NCBI GenBank assembly: GCA_964016885.1
Contig: OZ024754.1
Location: 24,614,001 to 24,678,000 of the forward strand
Reading direction: 5' to 3'
Source: Eledone cirrhosa
Taxonomy: Eukaryota
Length of the DNA: 64,000 nt
Part shown: positions 30,658 to 42,432 of the stretch, one piece after another
Layout: the number at the start of each line of letters is the position of its first letter
Numbering within the stretch: position 1 is the first letter of the stretch
Translations under genes and position numbers: made by a program
The notes under the pieces: model-generated
What the model was told of the DNA's origin: nothing
Seen by the model: the letters and a program-made list of their open reading frames with translations, nothing else
Databases searched by the model: none

Positions 30658-32900
30658 TGAGGATCTCACCCGGGCAAGGCACGACAGTCAATCGGTAATA
30701 GATGACGGACGGTATATAAGCGTTCGCCACCTCCGCACGACCTTTCAGGGATAGTTTGCACTCGGCCCACTTCTGACTGACTTGTCCCGGTTCAGCTTAG
30801 CCCCTGTCAGCCTTTCGTACTCCTCCAGTAAGGTGCCGATTGCCTCGATTTCCGCGGTGGTCGACATCATAACTGTTACGTCATCGGCGTAGGCCGACAC
30901 CGCTTTGCGCAATCTCGGTTCCAAAGGGATGCCCTGCAACAACTCCAGCTTCCGCAGTAGTGGCTCAAGAGTCAATACATACAGAAGGGAGGAGAGAGGG
31001 CACCCCTGTCGGTGGAGCGGGTGATTTCGAACGGCTCCGAAAGGTAGCCGTTCACCTTGACTCTAGAGCAGATGCGGCTGCTGTGCATGGCAGTGATCCA
31101 GCCCCTGAAAACGGGTCCGAACCCAGCCGCCGCTAGCACCGCATCCAGATAACCATGGTCCACCCTATCGAACGCTTTAGACTGATCTAAATTGATCAGG
31201 GCCCCACCAAATCCGGGTTCGTTCCCAACCCTCTCTATGATGTATCGCATGAGGTGGAGGTTGTTGTGGATGGACCTGGACGCGATAGCGCATGTCTGCG
31301 CATACCCCACCAGGCCCCCCACGACAAGCGCCAACCTCTTCGCTAACACCTTGGCCAAAATCTTTAACTCTGCATTTAGCAGAGTTATGGGCCTAAAATT
31401 ACTAATGTCATCCCCCTTGTTCTCGTCCTTCCTCACTAGCGAGACTACGCCCTTGGTCACAGAACAGGGAATTCTCCCGTTCTGTTGCCAGTTGCAGTAG
31501 ACCGCCTCGAGGAGATCGAGGAACAAGTCCGGCATATTAATATATAGTTCGTAGGGCAGACCATCGAGTCCTGGAGGTTTGCGTTTGCTGCATAGGCTCA
31601 GAACGTCCCCTATTTCAGCAGCTGAGATCGGCCCGTCGCAGGACCTCGCCTCCCTGTCCGAAAGACGCGGCAGGCCGTCGAGGTATGGACCGAAATCCAC
31701 ATCCCCAACCGGCCCCCCGCCCCTCCCGAACAATCGGGCAAAGTGCCTTTGAAAGGCCTCGCACATTTGCTTAGGTTCAAGGATCACCCGTCCATCCTGG
31801 TCTCGCAAAGACCGGATAGTGGATTTAATCCCACTTTTCGCTTCTGTCACGCGGGCCCAGCTAACAGCTTTGGTCCCCTCGTTTCCCAGAGCACGTATTT
31901 TGCTTCGGACAACGAAGCCTTCGTGTTTCGCGTCGAAGAACTGGTTCAAGACCGTTCTCGACGCTTGCACTCTGGCCACGTTGCCGCTTCTCATTGCCTC
32001 TTCAACATTAACTACCAACTCCCTTTCCTTCCTATTTCTATCTGAGGCTAACTCCTTACTAACTCCTATTGAAACTACTCTAATCTCTCTTTTTAGAGAG
32101 CCCCACCACCTGTTGTTGACAATGGCGCCCGTCAACCGCTCCTTAACTAAGGTTCTAATCCGGTCCCTGTAAGCTCTACTTGCCGGTAAGGACAAGTTGA
32201 GCTTCCAGTAACCGGGCCCCTGCCTATGCGTTCTATCAAGGTGGACTACGCAGGTCACTAACTTGTGGTCTGAATAGCCCACCATGAGCATTTCTGGACA
32301 ACTTAAAAAGTCCATATCCTTAATTCTAACTAAGAACCTATCTAGGTACGATCTAGATTGACCACTGTTATTTGACCAGGTCCAGGTTGGCACAGTCGGA
32401 AAATCTAGTCGGTATCTATCGGCCAGGTCAAATCGGCCGATTAACCCCTTAAGGCTGTTACACCCCCCTCTATCGGGACATGCCCCTACATAGTCCCAAC
32501 GTGCATCTAGGATACCATTCCAGTCCCCCACTAAAAGCAAGGAGCGGGACGTCCCTAGAAAAGTCTCCAGACGATGGAAGAAGTCCGACTGCATTGCCCC
32601 AAAAGGGGCGTATACGGCGACAAGCCTAAAAGCTCCGCCTTCACCATTGCCAAGGTCCAGAACCACGAGTCGACCCTCCGGGTCCAAGTGTACCGTCTGT
32701 GTAGCGAGACCCAGATGTTTTTGAAGCAGAACGACAACCCCACCCCCACCTCCCGGCTGACAGAGCATGCTGCTGATCCGGGCCTCGCAAATAACCATCA
32801 CATTTATACATTGTGACCTGAGGTCACTTAGAAGTTTAGCTTGCTTCCAAGGTGAGCCCAGGCCACGCGCATTTAGACAACCCACTCTTAACACAGCCAT
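30658..32900 (-). pseudogene. Tx1-type ORF2 (APE endonuclease + reverse transcriptase), frameshifted and truncated
   Basis: Motifs LNARGL, VYAP, GDWN, LDRF, SDH (APE); PGLDGLP, NFRPITLLN, LDQSKAFDRV, AYADD (RT); frameshift near 30975-31010. Confidence 0.93.
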
Positions 32901-32923
32901 GTTGGTGGCAAAGAAAGAGGCAC

Positions 32924-34695
32924 TTACCTCTCTGCGTCCGGGGGTTCGGGCCGCTCAGTTTCCATGGGGCTGGTGGAGGGGTTGATGGGTGGGGTGGTGG
33001 TTTGTGGTGGTGTGGGGGTATTAGTGAGTGGAGGGGTTGGGATCTTTGGAGTTGTGTGGGTGTTTGAGGAAGGGAGGGGAAAACCTTTCAGGAGGACGCG
33101 GTTGAGTGGCTTGGTGCAGGGTGGGCCCACGTCCTCAGGGTAAATGTTTTTCAAAGTTTTGAAAATGTCAAGTGGGATTTTCACCATTTTCAGGTTAGGG
33201 AGTCCCATTGCCGTTACGAAATTCGGCCCTTCGGTTTGTATCGATGGGTTGTTTTCTATTTTTTCAGTTAGGTTTTTATTGTTTTTGTTTATGTATGTGT
33301 AGAGTTTTTGTGTTGTTGTGTTTGTTTGTTGTTGTTGAGTGAGTTTGCGTTTTATTGTCTGTGTTGTGCTGTCAGGTGGGGTTATTTTTGTTTGTGTGGT
33401 GTGTGTACGTTTTTTTCTTTTCACTTTTTGGAAGGAAGCCCCCTCGTCTTCCGACGATATGAGCTCCTCTTCCGTATTGGAGGGGAGGGGTATATCTCCG
33501 GGTTGTGTATGAACTGCGTGTGTTTTTGTATTTGTGTTCTGTGGGGTGGGGCTAGGTGGGACCGTGTTTTGGGTTGTTTTCTTGAGCTGTTGTTGATGTT
33601 GTTGTTGTTGTTGTGGTGGTGGTGGGGGTGGGGGTGGGGGTGGTGTTGTTGGTTTTTGTTGTCGTTCTGGTGGTGATGGTAGTGTATTTTGTTGTTTTTG
33701 TGATGGTGGTGCTGGTTGTTTTTGTTGTTGTTGTGGTGTTTGTAGCAGTGGTTTTTTTGTTGTTAGTAGAGGGCAGGCCGTCCTCAGGTGTCCTCTGCCA
33801 GCGCAGTGGTAACATGAGGGTCTCCTGCCTTCCACTGTGATATTTATGAAGGTTCGCCCATCCAGTAGCACTCGGTTGGGTATTCCGGAGATTCTCTCAG
33901 GTGTCATCTGTAAGAGAACCTCCAGACTTTTCCCCCCGAACAGTCCACTGGTGGACTCCCCTGCTGAAATAAGTATATCTTTTTCTAGGTCGGTAAATCC
34001 TGTTAGGACGGACCAGATGTTAATTTCTGGCGTTGGGCTCCATATTCTTATTCTTTGTGTTCTTCTTCCTTTATATGTGGGGAAGAAGGTGTATTGTGGT
34101 GACACTATAGGTGCCACCGAATATTTTTGCGCCAGCATTTCCTCCTTCATTCAGACCATAATGCTGGCATACAGCTTTCCTCTTTGAATAAAGAGTATGT
34201 CGTTTTTAATTTCTTTCAGAACCAGCTCAATTTGACTTTCGGTCAATTGCGCTGGCTTTCTTGTTTCGTTGGTTATGGTTCTGTAGGTTACGGTATTCTT
34301 ATAAACCTGTTGACGCACTTCTTCTGGGGAGTTGATCGTAAAAGAACCATCCTCCCCAAAATTTTCTAGCCTCTAGCAAATTTTCCTTGGCGTTCGTGAT
34401 GTCTATGGGTTTGTATTCCGTGGCTTTCCTGAGTGTTTGGGCAAAAGAAATTTTGTCTTTGTTTGTTGTTGTAATGTTGTTGGTTTCCTTATTTGTGGTG
34501 TTATTTTTTTCCTCAAAATTAAGTTTTTCATTTGAATTAATATTCTTTTTTTTTTCATTGGAGAGGAGGGGCTGTTCAACAGTTTGAACTGTTGTTTCCT
34601 CTTTCCCGCTTGTTTTTTTTGGTAGGCGTGGTGTTCGCTTCCAATATGGCGATATCGTTTTCGACGATATCGTTATCAACGATATCGATAAACAT
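32924..34695 (-). pseudogene. Tx1-type ORF1 (gag-like, CCHC zinc knuckle, P/Q/T-rich), frameshifted at the 5' end
   Basis: CYHCAGRGHLRTAC in ORF 32924-34150; upstream part in ORF 34299-34679; candidate ATG at 34695 (MFIDIVDNDIVEND...). Confidence 0.85.
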
Positions 34696-35325
34696 TTTTG
34701 AATTAATTATTTTTCACCCCAAAAGGGGTGAAAATATAATTACCCTACGTCTATAGTCCCAGACTAGGAGTTAGAGTTAATAATACAAAAGAATTTAAAT
34801 AATTCACTCACAAATATAGCAGGTAAAAATCCCAAATCGCAGAGCCGATATGAAACACGTCTACTATCCTCAGACCGACAGACAGACAGTCAGTCATCCG
34901 TTTATAGATTAAATTGTTTATTTTTCTGTTTGTTCGTTTGTGTGTTACTTCATTATCGTCTGCTCGTCAATCAGTGTCGCCGTCAGCTATTCGTTTTCAT
35001 CGCTAGTACGTCAGCCAACCAGCCAGACGACCAACCCACAAACCAGACCAACACACAACAACTGATCAACCCACCAACCCACAAACCAACCAGCCAGCTA
35101 ACTGACCAACCCACCAACCCACAAACCAACCAGCCATCCCGCCAACGATACCTCCCTCCACCTCCATCAACCACTAGCAAACTACGTAATATGTCACCTC
35201 ATTAACACATCCCTTAAGCAACGAAGACAACACCGCCTTCTCTTAGTTTCCCCCGCTTACACGGATACGTATATTTACAAAATTCTGTCATTCACACACA
35301 AACACACACACATACACACGCACAT

Positions 35326-35777
<452 letters not shown>

Positions 35778-36027
35778 ATATATATATATATATAGTAATA
35801 ATAATAAATTTGAAGACTAAAATCCAAAGAGGGCTCGATAAGGATAAATATATATCAAATATATAAGAACCGTAGAGCAAATATTTATTAAAATAACAGA
35901 TTAAAGTTTAAGCAAAGAATCGCTGCTGTCACCCTTACGGGATCTTCTGACACTAATAAAATCAATCTGTAAACGCAGAAGTGGATATTTCAAAAACCGT
36001 TGCAACCGGAGGAAGACAGGAAGACGA

Positions 36028-36303
36028 TACTTTGGTTCGTGGAAACGTTCCCTGGCAAAGAACGGGAAAAAACGAATATAATACGTCATTAATAGGAGCG
36101 GTGAAAAACAATTACGCGCAAAGACAGAACCACGTTTATGGTATAAAAGAAGTCGTAGACTAATGTTCTCTTAGGTGGTTCATAGAGACGTTCTCTGGCA
36201 ATGAACGGAAAAAACGAAGATAATACGTCATATGTGGAGCGTGGAGAACAATAGCACGCAAAGACAAAACCACGTAAATGGTATAGCTGAAGTCGTAGAC
36301 TAA
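36028..36303. repeat. Two diverged ~140-bp tandem units in the Penelope 3' region
   Basis: AAGTCGTAGACTAA and ACGTTC.CTGGCAA..AACGG recur about 140 bp apart. Confidence 0.8.
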
Positions 36304-36896
36304 AATTCTAACTAGGAAACCGAATGAATCTCCACTTCAGAGTTAAGAATAAAGTAAATAAAATACAATACAGAGGTAATAGAAATTAAATAAATACATA
36401 CACGCATGCAAATACGTACATACACAAGCATACGCGAAAACACTTGCCATAGGTATACAAAACCACGCACATATAAATATGTGTGTGTATGTGTGCGTGT
36501 ATACAAATAAATAAATAATTAAATAAACGTATATAAATAAATAAATACGTATATAACAAGCGCACACACATACCTACATGTAAATACACAAATGTTCGGA
36601 GACGTAAGTCAACCAAAACATGAAGTACATATATACACACACCCTACATACGTACGAACCTGCGTACTCACACAGACGCAAAACTCGCGTATACACATAA
36701 CGAAACCATATGTACCAGAATATATAAAAAAATATACGCCATAACATATACAATCAAATATACGTACGAGAAAGTATACGTACCTTCACAAAACATACAG
36801 GTAATATATACTTACCTATGCAAATAAGTAATGGTATAAACAAAACATATACTTAGCTACCACATCAAGACGTAAAATATCCACGTATAGATAGTA

Positions 36897-37795
36897 CTAT
36901 CCGTTAGGGTATAACGTGGGGCTGTAATACAGGAAAGTTTTGTGCAATTTATGTTTACAAGCCGAAATTGCCTCAGATTTTTTGTTTAAGATGTGGTCCG
37001 TGGCGTAGAGTATTTCCAGGGCCTCAGCGGCGCAGAGGTCACATGGTCTTTTATTTCCGTTATACGATCTAGCCCTAGCTAGGATCTCCCAGTGTAACTT
37101 ATATTGGGTGTGGTTGTCTTTTAGACTCCAGATATAAGCTGAAAGTGACGTCATATTCCTTCTTAGAGGGTAACGAAAAGAATGGGTATGCATGTAAAGA
37201 CGCTGCTTGAATCTATTGGCGGTTAACCCTATGTAGGCCCTACGGGACGTGGGTGTTTCGACCTTACATTTGTGGACAATGTTACTAGAGAGGCATTTCC
37301 CGGATAGGGGGCAATCAACCCGATTCCTACAATTACAGTTAGTACTAACTACAGGGTTGCACGTGTTTCTACGGCTAGGTAGGATGGTTGGAATAATTAC
37401 GATCCCGCTAAATTTGAAGCTGTGATGTTATGTGCAAGGTTAGGAGTCGTAGAGTAAGAAATTTTAATAGTATTTCTATTAAAAATGTTACTATATTTAT
37501 GTGTAGGGGGAAAAATGCTTCGTAATAAGGGAAAGAAAGATCTTAGCTAATGGTGTGGCCACCTCCATATTATATGGTGGGTTATACCAACAAATGCGAC
37601 GGGATCTATTTCTTCTAGGTCTATTTTCGTACTCTGTATATGCTACCTTATCGACAAATCCACTCCGAGCAAGAGCTTCATTGTAATAAGTGGAATGGTC
37701 GTTGAAAATATGCTCGTTAGTAGATAGACGGGCAAGCCTCAACGAAACGTTTCTTACCAGGTTCTTGGTTATGCTGGCAGGATGGTTGGAATAAT
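36897..37795 (-). pseudogene. Penelope-like RT thumb/linker and GIY-YIG endonuclease, disrupted
   Basis: ORFs 37497-37742 and 36897-37193 plus the intervening frame; frameshift near 37510 and a ~30-bp insertion at 37381-37410. Confidence 0.85.
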
Positions 37796-38554
37796 TAAGA
37801 TCCCGTTAAGGGCGAAAGCAGCGATTCTTTGCTTAAACTTTAATCTGTTATTTTAATAAATATATATATATATATAAATATAAATTCAGCGAGAATCGCA
37901 TTTCGGCGGGTTGAAAAAGCGAAACGAAACGCAAAATCATAGTTATGCTGGCAAGCACTCCATAGTTAAAAAACCAGAACTAAACAATATGTTAAAACGC
38001 CATACAAACTGAAAAAGTGGTCAAGAACGATTTAACCACCTAAGCCAAAAAACAAATCAAGCTAAACAGGTCAAACAAAATAAATGATAAAAACGAGATA
38101 AAAACAAATTAAAGTTAAAAACAAGAATCAAAAACAATAACGAAGAGTGCAGTACAATCAGTGTTAGTTTTAGGTTCATTCTATCTTCAGCACAAACTAC
38201 CAGATTCAGGGAAATGGAGAAAAGGGATTTCATCGATTCTATTATGGGAAAGCAACCAACCAACTATATTTTGGGCCCATGAAGAATGAAAAAGAACGAT
38301 GACATTGGCGGGATTCAAAGCGTACGGGATTCGTACCGGACCGTACATACTGTAAAGCATTTAGTTTGACACCTTAATTTGACACCTTATTTATTCGATT
38401 ATCTTCGTGAAAGCCCGCGAGGACTAGCTGATTTGTGTGTTTCTATGTGTTTGCTTGATATGTATTATATAGTAGTCAAAAGTTGGTGGAATCATATGTA
38501 TATATATATATCAATAATATTAATAAATGGAAACTATCTTTATAAAACCATATT

Positions 38555-38615
38555 TATTTTATTATATATATTTCAAGGTACCAACATTTTTGGTACGCTC
38601 TCATCAGATAAAATA
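38555..38615 (-). ncRNA. Minimal type I hammerhead ribozyme, canonical core
   Basis: UAUUUUAU-CUGAUGA-GAG(C)GUACCAA-AAAUG-UUGGUACCUU-GAAA-UAUAUA-UA-AUAAAAUA: 8-bp stem I, ~10-bp stem II, palindromic stem III. Confidence 0.85.
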
Positions 38616-38659
38616 TAAAAGTTGTTTTACAGATAGTGACATATTCAAAACAGGAACTT

Positions 38660-38708
<49 letters not shown>

Positions 38709-38713
<5 letters not shown>

Positions 38714-39012
38714 TAAAAGGAAAAGAAAATGCTGACAAATTGTTCCCAGTGAAAAATAGTTCAATTAGGAATAAGTAAAAATTAGTAATAAGTATTGGTT
38801 AGTATTCAGTTTTGGTTTTCAATTTTTACCGGTTGCATTAGAAATGCGCAACCGGTAAAAACTTAAAACCAAAACTGAATACTTACCAATACTTATTACT
38901 AATTTTTACTTATTCCTAATTAAACTATTTTTCACTGGGAACAATTTGTCAGCATTTTCTTTTCCTTTTACCAATATATCATAACTCGTGTGTTACACCT
39001 CTATTCTTTTAA
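38709..39012. mobile_element. Hairpin-plus-tail element, family B, in (TA)n
   Basis: Inverted arms ~38709-38837 and ~38848-38976, then a ~36-bp tail shared with 40691-40728. Confidence 0.8.
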
Positions 39013-39030
39013 ATATATATATATATATAT

Positions 39031-39526
39031 ACAATTAAGTTAAAAATGTACATCTACATATGCATACTGAAATACTAGTATGCATATGAATACACACACG
39101 TATACATATGTAGATGTACCAAGTCTTTCACTGGTTACTTTACTGTGAGTATCCAGCTATTCTGTATGTAAACACACAGACAAACCGGTTTTTAGAGTCA
39201 TACTGGTTTTTGAGGAAACACCTTTCCTCTATTCTCCAGAAAGCCAGACAAGGAATATTGAACTTGTTTCGTTGTTGTTACAACTCATCAGCAATATTTA
39301 CCTATCTACCGGCCTTTCTGGAGAATCGTAAAAGCACATATCGTTATATGCTTTTTCTATGAAAATTAGTAGTGGGCAGACTAATTTGCATAGAGTGTGA
39401 GTACGTACCGGTTCAACGGAGACGATAAAAACAAATAACGAAACGAAATTAAATTTCGTTTCGTTTGTAACTCACTTTTGTATGACTGACGCTTAAACAA
39501 TTAAGTTAAAAATGTACATCTACATA
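39031..39526 (-). mobile_element. Retrozyme-like or solo pLTR element, 466-bp unit plus 30-bp terminal direct repeat, in (TA)n
   Basis: ACAATTAAGTTAAAAATGTACATCTACATA at 39031-39060 and 39497-39526; internal hammerhead motif; no credible ORF. Confidence 0.75.
39254..39298 (-). ncRNA. Minimal type I hammerhead ribozyme, canonical core
   Basis: AAUAUUG-CUGAUGA-GUUG-UAACAA-CAAC-GAAA-CAAG-UU-CAAUAUU: 7-bp stem I, 4-bp stem II, minimal stem III. Confidence 0.88.
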
Positions 39527-39710
39527 TATATATATATATATACAGTAAAAGAAGCATAGGCAGGCTTCCCAGTTCAATTCCTTTTTTTACTTTTCCTCTC
39601 CTCCCACACCTTCTTCTTCTTGCTGCTTATTAACCTCTATTAATAGCATCGTCACCATCATCATCCCCATCATCATTATCACCATCACCATCATCACCAC
39701 TACCACCACC

Positions 39711-39746
<36 letters not shown>

Positions 39747-39748
<2 letters not shown>

Positions 39749-40233
39749 TTGGTTCCCAACCAGGCGGCCATGGCCCACTAGTGGGGCATAGCTAGTTATT
39801 GGGGGAGCCACGGGAATTAACTAAAAAATCACAAAATTTCATACATAAAAGAGAAGAGTAGTTTCCTAACATAATTTTTTCTTTTTCTTGCTTCAAATTT
39901 TTATATTCAACTTTTTATCAACTTTCTACCTTTTCTAATTATGATTTCGCTTCACTTGATAATTATATAAATCTGGATATAACAATTTATGTTTTAGTAA
40001 ATAAACTTAGTAAAGAAACTTATTTTTATAACAGAATATATATTATTTATTTTAGTAAATTTTAGTAAAGTTTATAATAAATTTTAAATGATTTGATTGA
40101 AATAAAAAGACACGCCGAAATTATTTCTACATAAAAAAATTATATAAAAAATTTTAATTTTTTTTTGGGGGGGGCCATACTGTTTTGTTATATCATTAAG
40201 GTGGAATTTATTATAAAAGGTTGGGAACCGCTG
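39747..40233. mobile_element. Non-autonomous hAT (Charlie-like) MITE, 487 bp
   Basis: TIRs CATTGGTTCCCAACC and GGTTGGGAACCGCTG, subterminal GGCC motifs, flanked by ATATATAT on both sides (compatible with an 8-bp TSD). Confidence 0.82.
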
Positions 40234-40252
40234 ATATATATATATATATACA

Positions 40253-40296
<44 letters not shown>

Positions 40297-40301
<5 letters not shown>

Positions 40302-40724
40302 TAAACGGAATAGAAAATGCTGACAAATTGTTCACAGTTGAAAAATGGTTTAATTAGGAATAAAAGAGTATTAGTGATTGTATGGGTTAGTATTCAGTTG
40401 TGGTTTTAAGTTTTTAAGTTTTTACCGGTTGCGCATTTCTAAATGCTTTTCAAAAATAATTTTGAGATAGAGTGTCCGTGCTGTTTGCTCTGATCAGAGC
40501 AAACAGCACGGACACTCTATCTCAAAATTATTTTTGAAAAGCATTTAGAAATGCGCAACCGGTAAAAACTTAAAAACTTAAAACCACAACTGAATACTAA
40601 CCCATACAATCACTAATACTCTTTTATTCCTAATTAAACCATTTTTCAACTGTGAACAATTTGTCAGCATTTTCTATTCCGTTTACCAATATATAATAAC
40701 TTGTGTGTTACACCTCTATTCTTT

Positions 40725-40728
<4 letters not shown>
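40297..40728. mobile_element. Hairpin-plus-tail element, family B: loopless palindrome with 197-bp arms plus tail
   Basis: 40297-40493 is the reverse complement of 40494-40690 (centre CTGA|TCAG); tail ...TGTGTTACACCTCTATTCTTTTAA. Confidence 0.88.
40531..40567 (+). ncRNA. Variant minimal hammerhead-like motif (U3/A8, A13C)
   Basis: UUU-UUGAAAA-GCAUU-UAGA-AAUGC-GCAA-CCGG-UA-AAA; stem I is weak. Confidence 0.5.
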
Positions 40729-40761
<33 letters not shown>

Positions 40762-40767
<6 letters not shown>

Positions 40768-41023
40768 ATATTTGGGGAGGGTCATATTTGCGTAATATTG
40801 CCAGAATTAATAACAGAACACACTCACTGTTTGGTTGGTTTTCGCTTCTCGCTGTCTTTTATATATATAAAAGACAGCGAGAAGCGAAAACCAACCAAAC
40901 AGTGAGTGTGTTCTGTTATTAATTCTGGCAATATTACGCAAATATGACCCTCCCCAAATATAACAATATCTGTTTCGACACACGATTTCATATAAAAAAC
41001 CTCGCAAAACTAATTCATCGCCG

Positions 41024-41025
<2 letters not shown>
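40762..41025. mobile_element. Hairpin-plus-tail element related to family A: loopless palindrome with 103-bp arms plus tail
   Basis: 40762-40864 mirrors 40865-40967; arm start and tail resemble those of 35444-35777. Confidence 0.85.
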
Positions 41026-41063
<38 letters not shown>

Positions 41064-41398
41064 TGAGGAATTAACTGATTACAAGAAAAAGGATGAAGTT
41101 TAAATATGTACACAGAAGCAAGGTAGAGCGAAAGAAGTTCCTAGATTTAATAGTTAGAAATATACTGTAGAATCAATGGTTGTAGCGATGCGGTGAAGTC
41201 GGCTGATGAGGCATAATCGATTATATTGGAAACCCAGATTGGCAACAGATTTATTGAAATCCTTTTACTTGTTGCGGGAAACATTAATGAGACAAGCCCG
41301 AGGAAACCATTTTGTTGACGTATTTATATTTCTAGTCCTTGGTGTTGTTGCTGAGCCAATTATTTTATTTCATGTTGTTCTTTCTGCCAGGAGTTGCA

Positions 41399-41690
41399 GC
41401 CTATAGATAATGACATCAACGGAAAAAAAAAACAATGGAAACAGTGTTTCCTTGGTCCAATCTAACGCTGTGACCTGTAGATAATGTCAGCAATGGAAAA
41501 ACCAATGGAAACATTATTTCCTTGGTCCGATTTAATGATCAATTCCTTTGCTTCCCTTTCAGTAATTACTGATAAAATCCACATAGGGAAAAACAATAGA
41601 AACATTGTTCCCTTGGTCCGATCTTACAATGCGACCTGTAGATAATGTCAGCAACGGAAAAAACCAATGGAAACATTGTTTCCTTGGTCC
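41399..41690. repeat. Degenerate tandem repeat, about 4 units of 60-100 bp
   Basis: Recurring CCTGTAGATAATGTCAGCAACGGAAAAA..CAATGGAAACATTGTTTCCTTGGTCC. Confidence 0.75.
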
Positions 41691-42143
41691 AGAATCCGTA
41701 TAGGTTTTGTCAAATTATCGAAAAAGTAAAAAAACAGTGAGATGGAATTACAAAGAAAACACTTGTCAAAAGATCATCAACATCTTATCAAACTCCTTCC
41801 CAAGGGATCTTAATCTTTTTAAACCTATTTTCCACATGTCTGGTTTTTCAGAGTGGTAAGGGGCTAAAATGAAGTCGGAATTATATATTGGTGGCTTATA
41901 TTTAACTTTTGTTGTTGTTGTTTGTGTGTTTCGTTATTCCATGAAGTTTTAAATTATCTGTAATGCTTTGCACGCACTATGCATGTATCTGTGCGTTTAT
42001 GTGTGTACGTGCATGTGTGTGTGTGTGGTTGTGTACGTGTACGTGTATGTGTATATATGTCTATATATGTATGAGTTAGTGTGTCTATGTGTTAGTGTGT
42101 AAATGTGTCTAAATATATATGAGCTAGTGTGTATGTCGGTGTC

Positions 42144-42184
<41 letters not shown>

Positions 42185-42432
42185 TTATATATGTATGTGC
42201 TAATATGTATATGAGCTAGAATGTGTATGTGCTAGTATGTGTATTTGCTAGTATGTGTATGTGCTAGTGTGTGTGTATCTATGCTAGTATGTGTATGTGC
42301 TAGTGTGTATGTGTGCGTTTTTGTAGATACTTCTATGTGGATAGTAGACATTGCTGTGCTATTGGTTACCTTTCTAAGCCTTGTTTGTTTTCTTGGGAGT
42401 TTTTCTCTTTATTTTTATTTCTTCTTGTTTCA

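Larger units (their letters stand above)
30658..34875 (-). mobile_element. Tx1/L1-clade LINE copy 1, 5' end present, 3' end lost
   Basis: ORF1 with CCHC knuckle followed by ORF2 with APE endonuclease and RT; near-identical to the copy at 59298-64000. Confidence 0.93.
35881..37862 (-). mobile_element. 5'-truncated Penelope-like element (Naiad-like) with inverted terminal pLTR segment
   Basis: Minus-strand peptide SNHP...WYNPPY...KHF...IKISYS...CNCRNRVDCPLSGKCL...IVH...YIGLT..FKQR..H..SF...LS.YIW.LK...CDLC..E...CKH (RT C-terminus, linker, GIY-YIG); 35881-35946 is inverted at 37797-37863. Confidence 0.88.

Noticed and set aside
36028-36900. Possible SECIS element downstream of the Naiad-like ORF
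   Set aside because: No in-frame TGA at the visible Cys positions and no convincing AUGA/GA kink-turn stem by eye
38150-38196. Minus-strand CTGAAGA-TAG...CTA-AAAC motif
   Set aside because: Lacks G12 and a proper cleavage triplet with stem I; not supportable
41196-41248. CTGATGAG-GCATAATCGATTATATTG-GAAAC hammerhead-like core on plus strand
   Set aside because: Stem II is plausible, but I could not form stems I and III; at best a decayed copy
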